Shown: one piece after another, positions 55,801-64,000 of the stretch | Layout of the letters: every line of letters begins with the position of its first letter | How positions within the stretch are numbered: the stretch's first letter is position 1 | Origin: Candidatus Thorarchaeota archaeon | GTDB lineage: Archaea; Asgardarchaeota; Thorarchaeia; Thorarchaeales; Thorarchaeaceae | Assembly (NCBI GenBank): GCA_048884965.1 | Contig: JBHLQH010000006.1 | Coordinates: 99,515-163,514, forward strand | Direction: 5' to 3' | DNA length: 64,000 nt | Position numbers and translations under genes: made by a program | Notes under the pieces: generated by a model | Databases searched by the model: none | What the model was told of the DNA's origin: nothing | The model's input: the letters and a program-made list of their open reading frames with translations, nothing else

Positions 55801-58730
55801 GTAACATTTGCGATAATCGGATTTCCTTGTAGAATGAGCGTGTCCTGCAGAGTGGACGTGACATTGATTCTGGTGAACCAGTCAAGGTCTCTGTATGCTC
55901 CCACCTTGTATTCTGACCAATCCTTGATAATCGGATATGCTGCGATTTCTTCACCCAATCCTGGATCTACGTTACCAATTGAGATTGGATTGAGAACTAT
56001 CTCAGCCAAGTTGATTTCGCGAGTAATGAATCCTCGGGTATCTATACATCGTAGCTTCTGATCCTGATGTGTAAAGAGGACAAGGTCCTCTCTTCCATTG
56101 CCATCAAAGTCGGAGAATACATATCCAGTGAGCTGACTTGTCCCTATCATCTTGGTCCAGTGAACCGTGACAGTCGTGTTGATCGAAATCGCTGAGAGTT
56201 CTCCATCAAGTGTGATAACAAGAATCTCATCAGTTCCATCCGTGTTCGCATCATGGGTAATGACATTCCTTACATGAATGCCAAAGTAATCTATACTAGT
56301 GGCATTGAAATCAGGAGTGAATACATCAAAGAAATAGAAACGACTCGTTGGTCCACTCATATTCCATAGAGTATATTGCACTCCGAATTGCTGGCGGCCA
56401 TGAGTGGCATTGTTGTATTCAAAAGCCGTAAGTAAATTCACTTCCGTGAACGAAGGTTCGATATGAAGTTGCGCGGATCGTACTACGGTAAGATTCGCTG
56501 CATCGTAGAAATCAAGTCTCGTTTCATTGGTGACCGTTAGGATTTGCCATGTATCATCATATGCTGTCTGTGCTATTGCGGCAGCTCCAACCTGTTTCAT
56601 CATTGCGAAAGGCTTGGTACTCCAGGTTCCATCATCGTCCATGCGACATAGCCGGAGGTTCGCATTGTCCAGCACATGCAATTCATCCTTTTTGTCACCA
56701 TCATCATCAACAAATGCAACAGAGTCTAACGATGTGATTGCTATTGGCTCTGTGGAGCTGTAGAATAGACTCATGTTTATTCCATAGAAAGCGTATCCTG
56801 TTGTTCCGGTCTGATTAGACACTACCAAGACGACATCCTGTATCTCATCGCCATCAATCATTGCCGTGTAGATGCCAAAATCATAAACTTCTCCCACGCT
56901 GACTGAAACATTCACTGAATCAAGGAGTTCTCCTGTTGTAGCATGCTTATCGATTTGCAATAGTTGCCCTGTTTGATTCCAATTTGCCATATAGAGGACA
57001 TCATCGCCAGAGGAAGTGTTTCCTTTCACGAAGATGTGTACATTTCTCCCAATTCCGATGTCGGACTTTACAACTTCCCACGCGGTATTTCCAATGACCT
57101 CAAACTCATTGGGAGATGCAGGAGTTCCATTGAAAGCCTCGTTTCGATAGGTGTCAACAAAATGAATATAATATTCGTAGAATCCAGCTTCAAGACCTGT
57201 TAGAAACGCGTAGTATTTCACCTTTGGAGCATTTGGCATCAAGTCAATTTGAATCGGATAATCAACATCTCCCACTTGACGAACATAGATTCTGGCACTT
57301 TCAATGGTGGATTCCTCAAACACACCAACCTCTACAACAATATAGTCATCCAAGGCCGTGGGGTGCGACGGCACGATTGGCTCAAGGGTAAGAGCAGGGA
57401 TTTTAGTATCACTTAGGATCGTGTAAACTTGATATCCAGCAACAGCTAGGATATCATCCTTGCCGTCATTATCAATGTCGAAGAGATAAATATTACCGAC
57501 ACCACCTGCTTCATCTTCGACATACCCTGTGGTAAAGCCATCTCCATGAATGAATGTAGGCGAGCCAAGTGCTTTTCGTATGGCGACATCATCGATTGAA
57601 TCTGAATCAATCTCTCCTACAGCATATCGAAAATCTCCAGATAGTTGATCATAATTCACACCAATCATCCCTCCATCTGAACCATTCAAGAACCAAACAA
57701 CATCATATTCTACAGAAACAGCTACAAGGTCCTCTTGTGCATCTCCTGTGAAATTGCCTGTCATGAATGAGAAATCTCGATTTGTAGGTGGAGAAAGGCC
57801 TGTGGCAAACACCTGTGTGAGTGTATCTGCTCTCAGACATGTGGCAATCCCGCTTCCTTCAGATATCACTATATCATCGTAGACCGTGGCTGAGCTGTTG
57901 AATGCCTTGACACCATAGATGATGTTCCCTCGTAAAACACTATTCAGTGCAACACCGTTTCCTCGGACGATGGTGAGGTTATTATTCATAGCAACTGCGA
58001 GAGATTCTCTATAGGGACTCGTTATTCGCCCCATGTCCACATAGTCAATGTTTTTCCCTGGAGAGTATGTTCCCAATTGAGTTCTGGTGTCGGGGTCATA
58101 GAACTCGATGGTCTGAGCAAGTTTCTTGTCAATCGCTGCAAACTCATATGATGAGTCCCCTGTGAAATCTCCTACAATTAGCTGATCCAATGCCAGTATA
58201 TTTAGTGGATAACTATCAAATGACCCATCATTGAAGTCGATCAGAAGTACGAGGATATGCGTTGTATTATCATGGCCAACAAGAAATTCTGTCTCCGAGT
58301 CATGGTCAATATCTATTCCACAAAGAGTATGCTGGAGAACCGTCCCGATTGAAGGTAGGGGGAATCCCATCGTAAGCCCGTTCACTGGACTTACGAGGTA
58401 CAGACTATTATCATCATTACTAATGTATGCAAACCCTCGTTGACCCATCACTGTACCAGTAGCAATATACGACACATACGATGCAGTATAGGTGGTATAC
58501 AGATTATTTGCTAGCACTGGGGATGACTCTGGATTGACTTGGATTTCATTTTGTATCCTCTGCGTCAATCCTATTTGCGTGGTGTCAGAAAAGACTACGA
58601 GGAATGCAACGAGTACCAGGAAGATTGAGATTCGCAGTGATTTCGAATATCTCAATTTCCTTATTTGGTTCTTGAAAGAAGAGGGCTTATTCTTGCGGAC
58701 AGACATATTCATCTCCCCAGCTAGTGGCAT
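49827..58730 (-). CDS. Giant cell-surface protein: two FG-GAP/VCBS propellers, ~18 Ig-like repeats and a C-terminal 7-helix membrane domain
   Basis: N-terminal signal or TM (likely start Met9 at 58706), ten DxD/NxDGxxD-like motifs in two clusters, a 190-aa periodic stalk and seven hydrophobic C-terminal segments. Confidence 0.85.
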   Translation of the reverse strand: MPLAGEMNMSVRKNKPSSFKNQIRKLRYSKSLRISIFLVLVAFLVVFSDTTQIGLTQRIQNEIQVNPESSPVLANNLYTTYTASYVSYIATGTVMGQRGFAYISNDDNSLYLVSPVNGLTMGFPLPSIGTVLQHTLCGIDIDHDSETEFLVGHDNTTHILVLLIDFNDGSFDSYPLNILALDQLIVGDFTGDSSYEFAAIDKKLAQTIEFYDPDTRTQLGTYSPGKNIDYVDMGRITSPYRESLAVAMNNNLTIVRGNGVALNSVLRGNIIYGVKAFNSSATVYDDIVISEGSGIATCLRADTLTQVFATGLSPPTNRDFSFMTGNFTGDAQEDLVAVSVEYDVVWFLNGSDGGMIGVNYDQLSGDFRYAVGEIDSDSIDDVAIRKALGSPTFIHGDGFTTGYVEDEAGGVGNIYLFDIDNDGKDDILAVAGYQVYTILSDTKIPALTLEPIVPSHPTALDDYIVVEVGVFEESTIESARIYVRQVGDVDYPIQIDLMPNAPKVKYYAFLTGLEAGFYEYYIHFVDTYRNEAFNGTPASPNEFEVIGNTAWEVVKSDIGIGRNVHIFVKGNTSSGDDVLYMANWNQTGQLLQIDKHATTGELLDSVNVSVSVGEVYDFGIYTAMIDGDEIQDVVLVVSNQTGTTGYAFYGINMSLFYSSTEPIAITSLDSVAFVDDDGDKKDELHVLDNANLRLCRMDDDGTWSTKPFAMMKQVGAAAIAQTAYDDTWQILTVTNETRLDFYDAANLTVVRSAQLHIEPSFTEVNLLTAFEYNNATHGRQQFGVQYTLWNMSGPTSRFYFFDVFTPDFNATSIDYFGIHVRNVITHDANTDGTDEILVITLDGELSAISINTTVTVHWTKMIGTSQLTGYVFSDFDGNGREDLVLFTHQDQKLRCIDTRGFITREINLAEIVLNPISIGNVDPGLGEEIAAYPIIKDWSEYKVGAYRDLDWFTRINVTSTLQDTLILQGNPIIANVTVQNIFGESLSDASVTMTAKYSTGQQTSALLYSVTESQFVYDETPNYPIGTVNLTLEITHSDYQSIQNYDVGQVTIRSPLVVNVHQASVGLQGEDKTISITVTDSQSHIVSDAQVEVVVDATQYTASYIDPDYQVFIPALSWSPGDYLINVTASHPYATEAKSIEQSFRVLTDSLLISNDIPSTIEQNQPIQGWLNITDPYANVLANALVRVQSGEYEFTLTQIESGKYYLDDMANLPIGNYTFTIKVSSIYVDGTEFGNFSIVIAGDLMPSIEYPADVDAGTNFTVSMFIFDAYGTTPSGSMAIVEFNGQNYTATHIGGPEYSVDLNASVMIGLNHFTVFLNSTYGNDWSNVFDFYVYSPATLTLTSFSGWEIVQGSVITLRVNVTDWSDSLISGATVNLLSPISRSFVDHSNGTYTLDLSTFGFVPNNYTIIVTVSHEYLNPNQMNQLLEVQGTVEVELEYGSNILNHLSTAFNFTVVDQYGNPITNFNYSIVFDGYSNASSSSTHEFWWVVTPNLEPGYHWLNISISGPNLISSTHNFSVPIKGIVLMNIISPLVSQAIVQGDSVNFTLSIQDLIGTNIVEADVRVQIKGNTYELAHLGLGIYSSLISSIGFSLDSYNATILVSHPFLNSDSTWRLFLVNGTAVVSLVTTPSTPSNHQDLIFNLTLTDQYGNPVNQANYSLYFNGQSISGTTSSYKFSWTITPTNAPGLYLLNISLTGGRLISKNYTFSITLTGEISSVIHSPSINEVWDQGSDVNFTVSVEDLIGSDITGAQVTVVVYGSSHTMSMVSDGVYSVDVSTLGLPLGRYNATITISHPYMNIEVLYIAFILKGDAIITLEYSPSKVYNHLNATFNFTIRDNYGNPVSSFNYSVVFGSLYSTSGTSTSYKFSWKTETQFIPSLQWLNITLSSTYLYTTRYNYTIGIFGSSVISIDRPIDYSLQTQGDQVNFTVFVEDLIGTEISSAQVRVLLSGVTYTLYEIRDGAYSANISTVGLKLNQYIANITVTHGYLDTAYSSVIFNLVGDPHLSVAMNPSPVSNKENVTFSMELTDVYGNPINIFNYSLEIEGYSYSSISSWYQFSWEVNPNWIPGEYYLIVTINSTYTIDTEFNVTVTVQGVSSAVILEPVSASNYTQGLPINFTIHVTDELFNNITGADVIVVLYGSSFTLNMTSPGIYTGYASTVGLPLGRYTAAITVSQAFLDTQHLTLDLSLRGSAIVTYSIDSSYILNNDNTTFTFFVRDQYGNPLSLFNYSLSLSEMYTLESTASSYTFQWMVKPELVPSGYLLNVSVSSQYINQTDYSWNVKVYGVQSSQFQSPMELESVSQGESITLSLSLQDQNANDISSATVVITIGSTSYTLIEVANGVYNRTITTTHLALGDYTAIATIQHDYLLTSIVYRNFTIIGIGKPSILFDQPVYVGNDTIFVISMYDGYSFGIQNYNWSVTFQGVTYSGNTSLSEISFNITIPVIGPPGIHTLLLEIESSYLTSSSFSRSITVRSEASAMVNQPLSTETYLQASDDIPFVISVYDSQDNAVTSATVRVQIHDTVYELESYGNGTYHTLVSTVGWRYDAYNYFVYISHQYMDLVELNGSVMVIADPVIRITSAEIAYQNDEYIVDVDVSDLYGTPLTGLNIEVSFVYQTKVATEIEDGKYRVVFDNITVYHADYEIQVSVSGGMCIQKEAQPKSVRVAVPAPNIDAYMQQDLNTWILVVGIVLIISLAGMGIYFRIASSISIESKNSEDAEQGTRKLDIIYGVVLVTSMLIFVHSLAMGSVGEFAFAVFESILLLGLSVLLYGIWLYRDSYSAILQRGSLSKGRMAAGTWHLALVPVMIAQILIYGDQWEVFRAHVLEPNQIHIAGWVLPMMMLTIFGTYISSIVVVVINHYRETSKGLNRISHMQSESTPTKIVHEERTLLVEKTSSSIRTKFLMFLLLIGATTVSTLDFIRSTNLAILILLPVVFLVIIPFISSRMIKFLSKVRGKPKRGDTFTP
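50740..55870 (-). repeat. Intragenic tandem repeat of ~570 nt (alternating A/B Ig-like domains)
   Basis: D-x-YG-(N/T)-P-like motif Asp codons at 54926, 54362, 53792, 53222, 52649, 52079, 51509 and 50933 (spacing 564-576 nt). Confidence 0.85.
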
Positions 58731-59030
58731 AGACTTCTGGTGTACTTTTCGGGTCTGAAGAACGAGCGTTGTTCTAGTATCCTCTATGAAGGGATAAGAC
58801 CCAAGCTAAGAATTAGTGAAAAATAATACTGAATAACTTTCTTATGATGAAATGGAGCCGCTTGAAAGATTCAGAGAAGTTTAGTCAATGTTTGACTCGT
58901 CTTTATTGATTCAAATGCTATGAACTCATGAACACCCGTTTTGATAGTCTAATATCAATTTGATTAGAAAAACATTAAAGGAAGTGGGTCCAAATTTCAT
59001 GGCATCCTCAAACGCTTCTAGATTGAGGAT

Positions 59031-59432
59031 ATGAGGTGTTCAATGGTGGAAATACCTAGTATTTTGAAATATACATTCCTGTTGCATTTCATCGCATGTT
59101 TGATTTTTGGGGTGATTTTCTTCTTGAGTCCAGAAATCTATGTTGATGTCATGGCATGGCCGTATCTAGATCCCTATGCGGGGAGAGTCATGGGTTCGTT
59201 GTTCCTCGGATTCGCTGCTGCTGGATTCCTTGGATATAGAGCAGCAACATGGGAAGAGGTGAAGATTCTGGTTCTAGCTGATATCGTTTGGACACTGTTT
59301 GGAACATTATCAATGATTTGGATGATTATTGCTTATCCATCTGCTCCAATTCTTGTATCAGGTTTTGAGCTAGCTCTAGTAGCATTCTTTATGGTGCTCT
59401 TTCTGTATTGTTACTTCAAAGCGAAAGGATGA
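59031..59432 (+). CDS. Small 4-TM membrane protein of unknown function
   Basis: Four hydrophobic segments and WPYLDP..GR motif. Probable start is the second Met (59043). Confidence 0.75.
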   Translation: MRCSMVEIPSILKYTFLLHFIACLIFGVIFFLSPEIYVDVMAWPYLDPYAGRVMGSLFLGFAAAGFLGYRAATWEEVKILVLADIVWTLFGTLSMIWMIIAYPSAPILVSGFELALVAFFMVLFLYCYFKAKG

Positions 59433-59434
59433 GC

Positions 59435-59470
59435 AAAAAAGAAGATGAGGCCGCTCATTGCTCTGCGGCC
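59435..59470 (-). terminator. Stem-loop plus T-run after the second tfb
   Basis: GGCCGC-N10-GCGGCC followed on the minus strand by CTTCTTTTTT, between convergent genes. Confidence 0.55.
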
Positions 59471-59483
59471 ACATTGGCACATA

Positions 59484-60458
59484 CTATGGTGCCATCGTTA
59501 GCTTGAGCTTCTTAACAAGCTCCTTGTAACGATTCCTAATCGTGACTTCAGTGACTCCTGCAGTCCTAGCGATTGCTCTCTGCGTGACACGCTGGTCAGT
59601 AATAATTGAGGCAATGTAGATTGCAGCAGCAGCGAGACCTCTAGGATCTCTTCCTGACACAAGATTGCGAACACCCTTAGCTCGCTCGATGATTTCCAGA
59701 GTAAGTTTCTGGACTTCTCCAGGCAAGCCAAGCTCTGTAACGAATCTTGACACGTAGTTTTCAGGACCTGGGATTGGCATCCTGATTTTGAGCTTTGTTG
59801 CAAGCATCCGGTAATGAGCACCAATCTTCTTCTTGGAGACCGGTGAGTAAATTGCGATCTCTTCGAGGGATCGTGGTGATTCTCTTAGCCTACATGCTGC
59901 GTAAACTGAAGCTGCAACTGTCGCGTCAATTGACCTGCTCTTCACTCTCTTACCAACGATGAGCTTTCGGTAAAGCATAGCGGCTAGCTCTCTTATACCA
60001 TTAGAGAGTCCTAGCTGTGATGCAATTCGATCCATCTCAGTCATGGCTTGGGCAAGGTTCCGGTCAAGTGAGCTGTGGACACGAGTCCTTATCTGCCACT
60101 TTCTCAGGCGGTAGATCTGCGCACGTTGCTTCGATGTGAAGCGTCGTCCCTGTGAGTCATGATCTCTCCAATCGATGACAGTAGAAAGACCCTTGTCATG
60201 AATGGCGAAATTGGTTGGAGCACCAGTTCTTGAACGGGCATCCTTCTCATCGGATGTGAAGGCTCTCCATTCAGGTCCAGTATCGATACGGTGGTCGCTT
60301 AGGACCAAACCGCATGTGGCACAGATTATTTCCCCCTTCTCGTTATCTCGGATGATTTCGGTTCCTCCACAGTCGGAGCAAGCCTTGATGTGACCTTCCG
60401 AGAGGCTATTCCTATTGTTTCCTTTCTTTGTGTGCTTTATTCCAGCTGAAGCTACCAT
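59484..60458 (-). CDS. tfb: Transcription initiation factor IIB (TFB), downstream paralog
   Basis: Zn ribbon CSDC..CATCG, B-reader IDTGPEWRAF, HDKGLST, RLRKWQ and HTH GVTEVTIRNRYKEL. Confidence 0.96.
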   Translation of the reverse strand: MVASAGIKHTKKGNNRNSLSEGHIKACSDCGGTEIIRDNEKGEIICATCGLVLSDHRIDTGPEWRAFTSDEKDARSRTGAPTNFAIHDKGLSTVIDWRDHDSQGRRFTSKQRAQIYRLRKWQIRTRVHSSLDRNLAQAMTEMDRIASQLGLSNGIRELAAMLYRKLIVGKRVKSRSIDATVAASVYAACRLRESPRSLEEIAIYSPVSKKKIGAHYRMLATKLKIRMPIPGPENYVSRFVTELGLPGEVQKLTLEIIERAKGVRNLVSGRDPRGLAAAAIYIASIITDQRVTQRAIARTAGVTEVTIRNRYKELVKKLKLTMAP

Positions 60459-60545
60459 ATTGTTTAGATCTCTCTCCTATGTAGTGCGATCATAGTCGCG
60501 TGCGTTGGTCCGTTGGAATGGGATGATCACCTACTGGAAATTTCC

Positions 60546-61508
60546 CTAGGGAGCCATCGTGATTTTCAACTTGTTCACGAGTTCCTTGTATCGATTGCGA
60601 ACAGTGACCTCTGTGACTCCTGCAGCTACTGCAATATCTCGCTGAGTTACACGGTGGTCAGTGAGTATCGAAGCGATGTAGATTGCTGCTGCGGCTAACC
60701 CTCTCGGGTCTCTGCCGGTCACTAGTGTTCTTTTCTCCTTTGCCTGCGCCAGGATTTCGAGTACCTTCTGTTGTACCTCTCCAGGGAGTCCAAGCTGTGT
60801 GATGAATCTTGGCACGTAGTTTGCCGGGTCCGAGATTGGCATCCTGAGCTTGAGCTTCTCCACGAGAAGTCTGTAGTGCTGACCGATCTTCTTCTTGGTG
60901 ACACGTGAATGACGTGAGATTTCTTCAAGGGATCGAGGTGACTCTCTAAGTCGGCAAGCAGCATAGATTGCCGCACCGACCATCGCATCGATCGACCTGC
61001 TCCGTGCAAGTCTTCGAACGATGAGCTTCCTATAGAGGAGCGCTGCGAGTTCCTTGATACTCTTGGTGAGTCCAAGTTGTGAAGATAGCCTTTCGAGTTC
61101 AGACATTGCTTGTGCCAGATTCCTATCGACCGAGGAGTGGACTCTCGTTCTAATCTGCCATTTACGAAGTCTGTAGATTTCCGAGCGTTTCTTGGCGGAG
61201 AACTTCTTCCCTGACGAGTCATGGTCACGCCAATCGATCATGGTTGAGAGGCCTTTATCATGAATTGCGTAGTTCGTTGGGGCGCCAGCCCTTGATCTAG
61301 CATCCTTCTCGTCTGAGGTGAATGCCCTCCATTCTGGTCCAGTGTCAATCCTGTGATCGCTTAGGACGAGTCCACATGTGGCGCATATTCGCTCACCCTT
61401 TTCCATGTCTTGTACGACATCAGTGCCACCACACTCAGGACACCTGAACTCCTCTGTATCTCGTGCTGCCTTCTCTGCACGCTTCTTTCTTTCAGATCTT
61501 GAGGACAT
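60546..61508 (-). CDS. tfb: Transcription initiation factor IIB (TFB), upstream paralog
   Basis: CPEC..CATCG, IDTGPEWRAF, HDKGLST and GVTEVTVRNRYKEL. Confidence 0.96.
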   Translation of the reverse strand: MSSRSERKKRAEKAARDTEEFRCPECGGTDVVQDMEKGERICATCGLVLSDHRIDTGPEWRAFTSDEKDARSRAGAPTNYAIHDKGLSTMIDWRDHDSSGKKFSAKKRSEIYRLRKWQIRTRVHSSVDRNLAQAMSELERLSSQLGLTKSIKELAALLYRKLIVRRLARSRSIDAMVGAAIYAACRLRESPRSLEEISRHSRVTKKKIGQHYRLLVEKLKLRMPISDPANYVPRFITQLGLPGEVQQKVLEILAQAKEKRTLVTGRDPRGLAAAAIYIASILTDHRVTQRDIAVAAGVTEVTVRNRYKELVNKLKITMAP

Positions 61509-61656
61509 GTTAATTACACCTCACACTTTGGGAGCGAATTAGGGATTTGTCTATGGAGTCAAATTGTGTGTTCATCAATGAGGTTAAAAGATGGTGCAAT
61601 CCGATTGTTTATCGCCCCGTCAGTTCCGCTACATTTATATACTTAGCACATTCGAA

Positions 61657-61672
61657 CTTATAAAGCTTTCGC
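61657..61672 (-). promoter_or_regulatory. BRE-TATA promoter of the tfb pair
   Basis: Minus strand GCGAAAGC-TTTATAAG. A second TATATAAA lies at 61634-61641. Confidence 0.65.
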
Positions 61673-61897
61673 TATTTGAAATGATATCTCAATTCCTACT
61701 AAGCTTTTTCTCCCCGACTTGCGTTGGGAACATTTCAATTTAAGTTTGTTGCCTTGGTGGTATGTGACTAAGATCACCTTCTGTGTTCCAGTTCCGACAG
61801 TACATTAGAGCGTATTTCTCTCCATGTTATTTTTCTTATCTTTACAATATAAATAAGAAATCGTACTGTCCTCATACATACAATATCAATTACAATA

Positions 61898-63259
61898 TCA
61901 AGTTCGCAAATGCTTGTAATTTGGTAACTCGAATGGTATCTTCTGTGGATCTGACCAAGGCAGCTTGAATCTCCAATCGAATTCTAATCGATAAAGGATG
62001 TACTCTCTCATAGCCTGAGACATGGTTATTGGAAAAGGAGGATTGGGATCTTTCGTCGTGTGAAGTGCAAAACCTATATCTTGAAATGCCTTTTCCAGAT
62101 TTGGACGATGATTGGGTTCTAACCTATACTGGAATTCATGATTATTAGGTAAAGACGAGAGAATTCTGAATCCATAGACGGTTAGCCAAAGATTCCTAAG
62201 ATTCAGATAGTCAGTACCCTTGTCATCAGACTGCATTGGTATCTGCAGGTTTTGAATCTCATTCTTTCTAATTTCTACAATGTCATCTATACGCCTAGAT
62301 ATCTCTCCTGACTCTTTCTTTGCTTTCTCCAAGTCAAGTCCAAATGTTGCTCCTGGACTGTCAATTTGCTTTGCATATTCAACAAGAATCTGATTTCTTG
62401 CTATGCTGTAAAAATCTTCATCATCTTCATAATTTAGGATACTGGACAAGAAATCATAAGGATCTGCGTCAAGAAAGCCTAACCATCCCAGTCCTACAAG
62501 AGCGACAAACTCTTGTAAGAGGTGCATCAATTTCCATTCATGTCCATCCTTTTTCAGTATATCAAGAAGGTACTTGATTCCGAGAAGGTTTGGTATTGGA
62601 CAGGGTACATCGAATATGAATTCCCCTACTGCTGATTCGAGAAAAGGATGTTCATGCATTTGTCCCTTACTAAGAAATGAATACTTCATTACTTCATCGT
62701 CTATCATTAGTCCAGTTAGTTTCTTGCATGCATGAATTGGAGTAATATCCAGACATTTCATTGTCAGGCTGTATTTCTCATCTTCATCATTTTCACTTTC
62801 CACACGATTCTTGTGCAATGTGAGAAACTTCAATAGATCTGTTGCATAAATTGGTGAGAGATCTACAGATTGTAATTGGTTTCCGTGCAAGTTTATCTCT
62901 TCGAGCTTGGTCAAATTTCCTAGTGGAGTTAAATCGATGAATCGAATTGGATTCTGGGACAATACTAGTGCCTTCAATCCCCTACATTTCTTGATGGGAT
63001 TCAAATCCACCATATCCAGTTTGTTCTTAGATAAATTTAGTAGTTCTAGGCTTTGGAAGTTGGCTAACGGGGTAAGATCTATACTTCTCAGGTAGTTATT
63101 CTGTAAGTTTATTCTCTTCAGCGTGACATTTGTTGAATCGCATATTATCTCTAGTACCTGTATACCTTCATTAGCCAAGAATATCTCCTGAGTTTTATTT
63201 GGAAATGTCTTTTGAATTTCCTTTCCATCTCGTTGTAGAATCTTGAATCGAATTGACAT
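61898..63259 (-). CDS. Leucine-rich repeat protein
   Basis: Repeats of LxxLxLxxNxLxxIDLxPL (NNYLRSIDLTPL, KNKLDMVDLNPI, QNPIRFIDLTPL, GNQLQSVDLSPI). Confidence 0.9.
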   Translation of the reverse strand: MSIRFKILQRDGKEIQKTFPNKTQEIFLANEGIQVLEIICDSTNVTLKRINLQNNYLRSIDLTPLANFQSLELLNLSKNKLDMVDLNPIKKCRGLKALVLSQNPIRFIDLTPLGNLTKLEEINLHGNQLQSVDLSPIYATDLLKFLTLHKNRVESENDEDEKYSLTMKCLDITPIHACKKLTGLMIDDEVMKYSFLSKGQMHEHPFLESAVGEFIFDVPCPIPNLLGIKYLLDILKKDGHEWKLMHLLQEFVALVGLGWLGFLDADPYDFLSSILNYEDDEDFYSIARNQILVEYAKQIDSPGATFGLDLEKAKKESGEISRRIDDIVEIRKNEIQNLQIPMQSDDKGTDYLNLRNLWLTVYGFRILSSLPNNHEFQYRLEPNHRPNLEKAFQDIGFALHTTKDPNPPFPITMSQAMREYILYRLEFDWRFKLPWSDPQKIPFELPNYKHLRT

Positions 63260-63487
63260 TTACTCACCCCTATCGTATATTTTTCCAATTCATCTTTTGA
63301 ATCCCCTAGAAAATTCCAATAACATAGGCCTACTAGGTTTACTTCTCTAAGATTTTCGCAATTCGTGCTTTAAACATTGGGGAACCTAGTAATTAAGACA
63401 AAAAATGACCGTGCAATTTATTAGGAAGATTAGGAAGATTAAGAACACAATACATGTTTCCTACATATCTCGAGTGAAAATCACGAT

Positions 63488-64000
63488 TTACTCTGTTGCT
63501 GCCTTGCTTGTCTTTATTCTATCATAGATTTGAAATCCAATTGTTATTACCCACACACTTGCTAGAACAAACAATGGCATCGCATTGATGTTCTGAATCC
63601 ATACTGCACTAGCGATTCCTGAATCTTCGAACTGACCTGAGCTAACACGAAGAGTCACTGTGATCATATCACCATAAAGTGAGTTTTCTAGTACAATTGC
63701 CCACCATGCTGGAATGAAAGGAAAGTCTGAGAATAAGTATGGTAAACGAAAGTGAAGTAGGTGATCAGAATAGTTCCCTGAAAGATGCTTGGTACTCATC
63801 ATGTTCATATCTAATAGATAGAAAGACACTTCCGGCCTTACTACTAAGTCTGGCTCTGTAACTAGAATACTGACGTATACATCAGTTTCAGTGTAATAAT
63901 TAGATAGTATCTCGGAGTAGTATGTTTCATCGACATCCAACTCTATGGCTCTCTCCCAATAATTGAAACTAGTGGGGAAAAGGGATCCTGTGGAATAGGC
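63488..64000 (-). CDS. Hypothetical protein with C-terminal TM (5' truncated by window edge)
   Basis: Frame is open to position 64000, with a C-terminal hydrophobic helix. Confidence 0.6.
   Translation of the reverse strand, partial: AYSTGSLFPTSFNYWERAIELDVDETYYSEILSNYYTETDVYVSILVTEPDLVVRPEVSFYLLDMNMMSTKHLSGNYSDHLLHFRLPYLFSDFPFIPAWWAIVLENSLYGDMITVTLRVSSGQFEDSGIASAVWIQNINAMPLFVLASVWVITIGFQIYDRIKTSKAATE

Noticed and set aside
217-63095. Numerous 60-170 aa ORFs antisense to or nested within the long genes
   Set aside because: They overlap well-supported genes, carry no motifs and are expected shadow ORFs.
63331-63445. TACTAGGTT/AACCTAGTA inverted repeat and ATTAGGAAG short tandem repeat
   Set aside because: Too short and isolated to support a MITE or CRISPR, with no spacers, cas genes or transposase.

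Overview
Archaeal chromosomal window with no rRNA, tRNA, CRISPR or mobile element that I can recognise. Two TFBs and a single-OB SSB mark it as archaeal. A longin-like protein, an LRR protein and giant Ig/FG-GAP surface proteins suggest an Asgard archaeon, possibly Thorarchaeia (inference). The first 26.6 kb is a respiratory and cytochrome c island. It holds the end of a complex I-like operon (nuoLMN), a membrane-anchored multiheme cytochrome c (7 CxxCH, one CxxCM, one CX6CH), ccmF and a full ccmABCDE, including a 45-aa ccmD that the ORF track missed. It also holds a 12.4-kb minus-strand cluster of three FAD-oxidoreductase/CCG Fe-S pairs interleaved with two paralogous monoheme beta-sandwich cytochromes and His-bearing 4-TM proteins, my best candidate for an undescribed transmembrane electron-transfer system. 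The rest encodes an ACD alpha/acyltransferase/double-GbsR unit, a 2149-aa polytopic membrane protein with 11-residue amphipathic repeats, a group 3b [NiFe]-hydrogenase operon, a receiver protein, an NADH oxidase/CoADR, a 2967-aa adhesin-like protein (two FG-GAP propellers, ~18 Ig-like repeats) ending in a 7-helix membrane domain, tandem tfb paralogs and an LRR protein. All calls rest on motif reading only; no database search or structure prediction was run.
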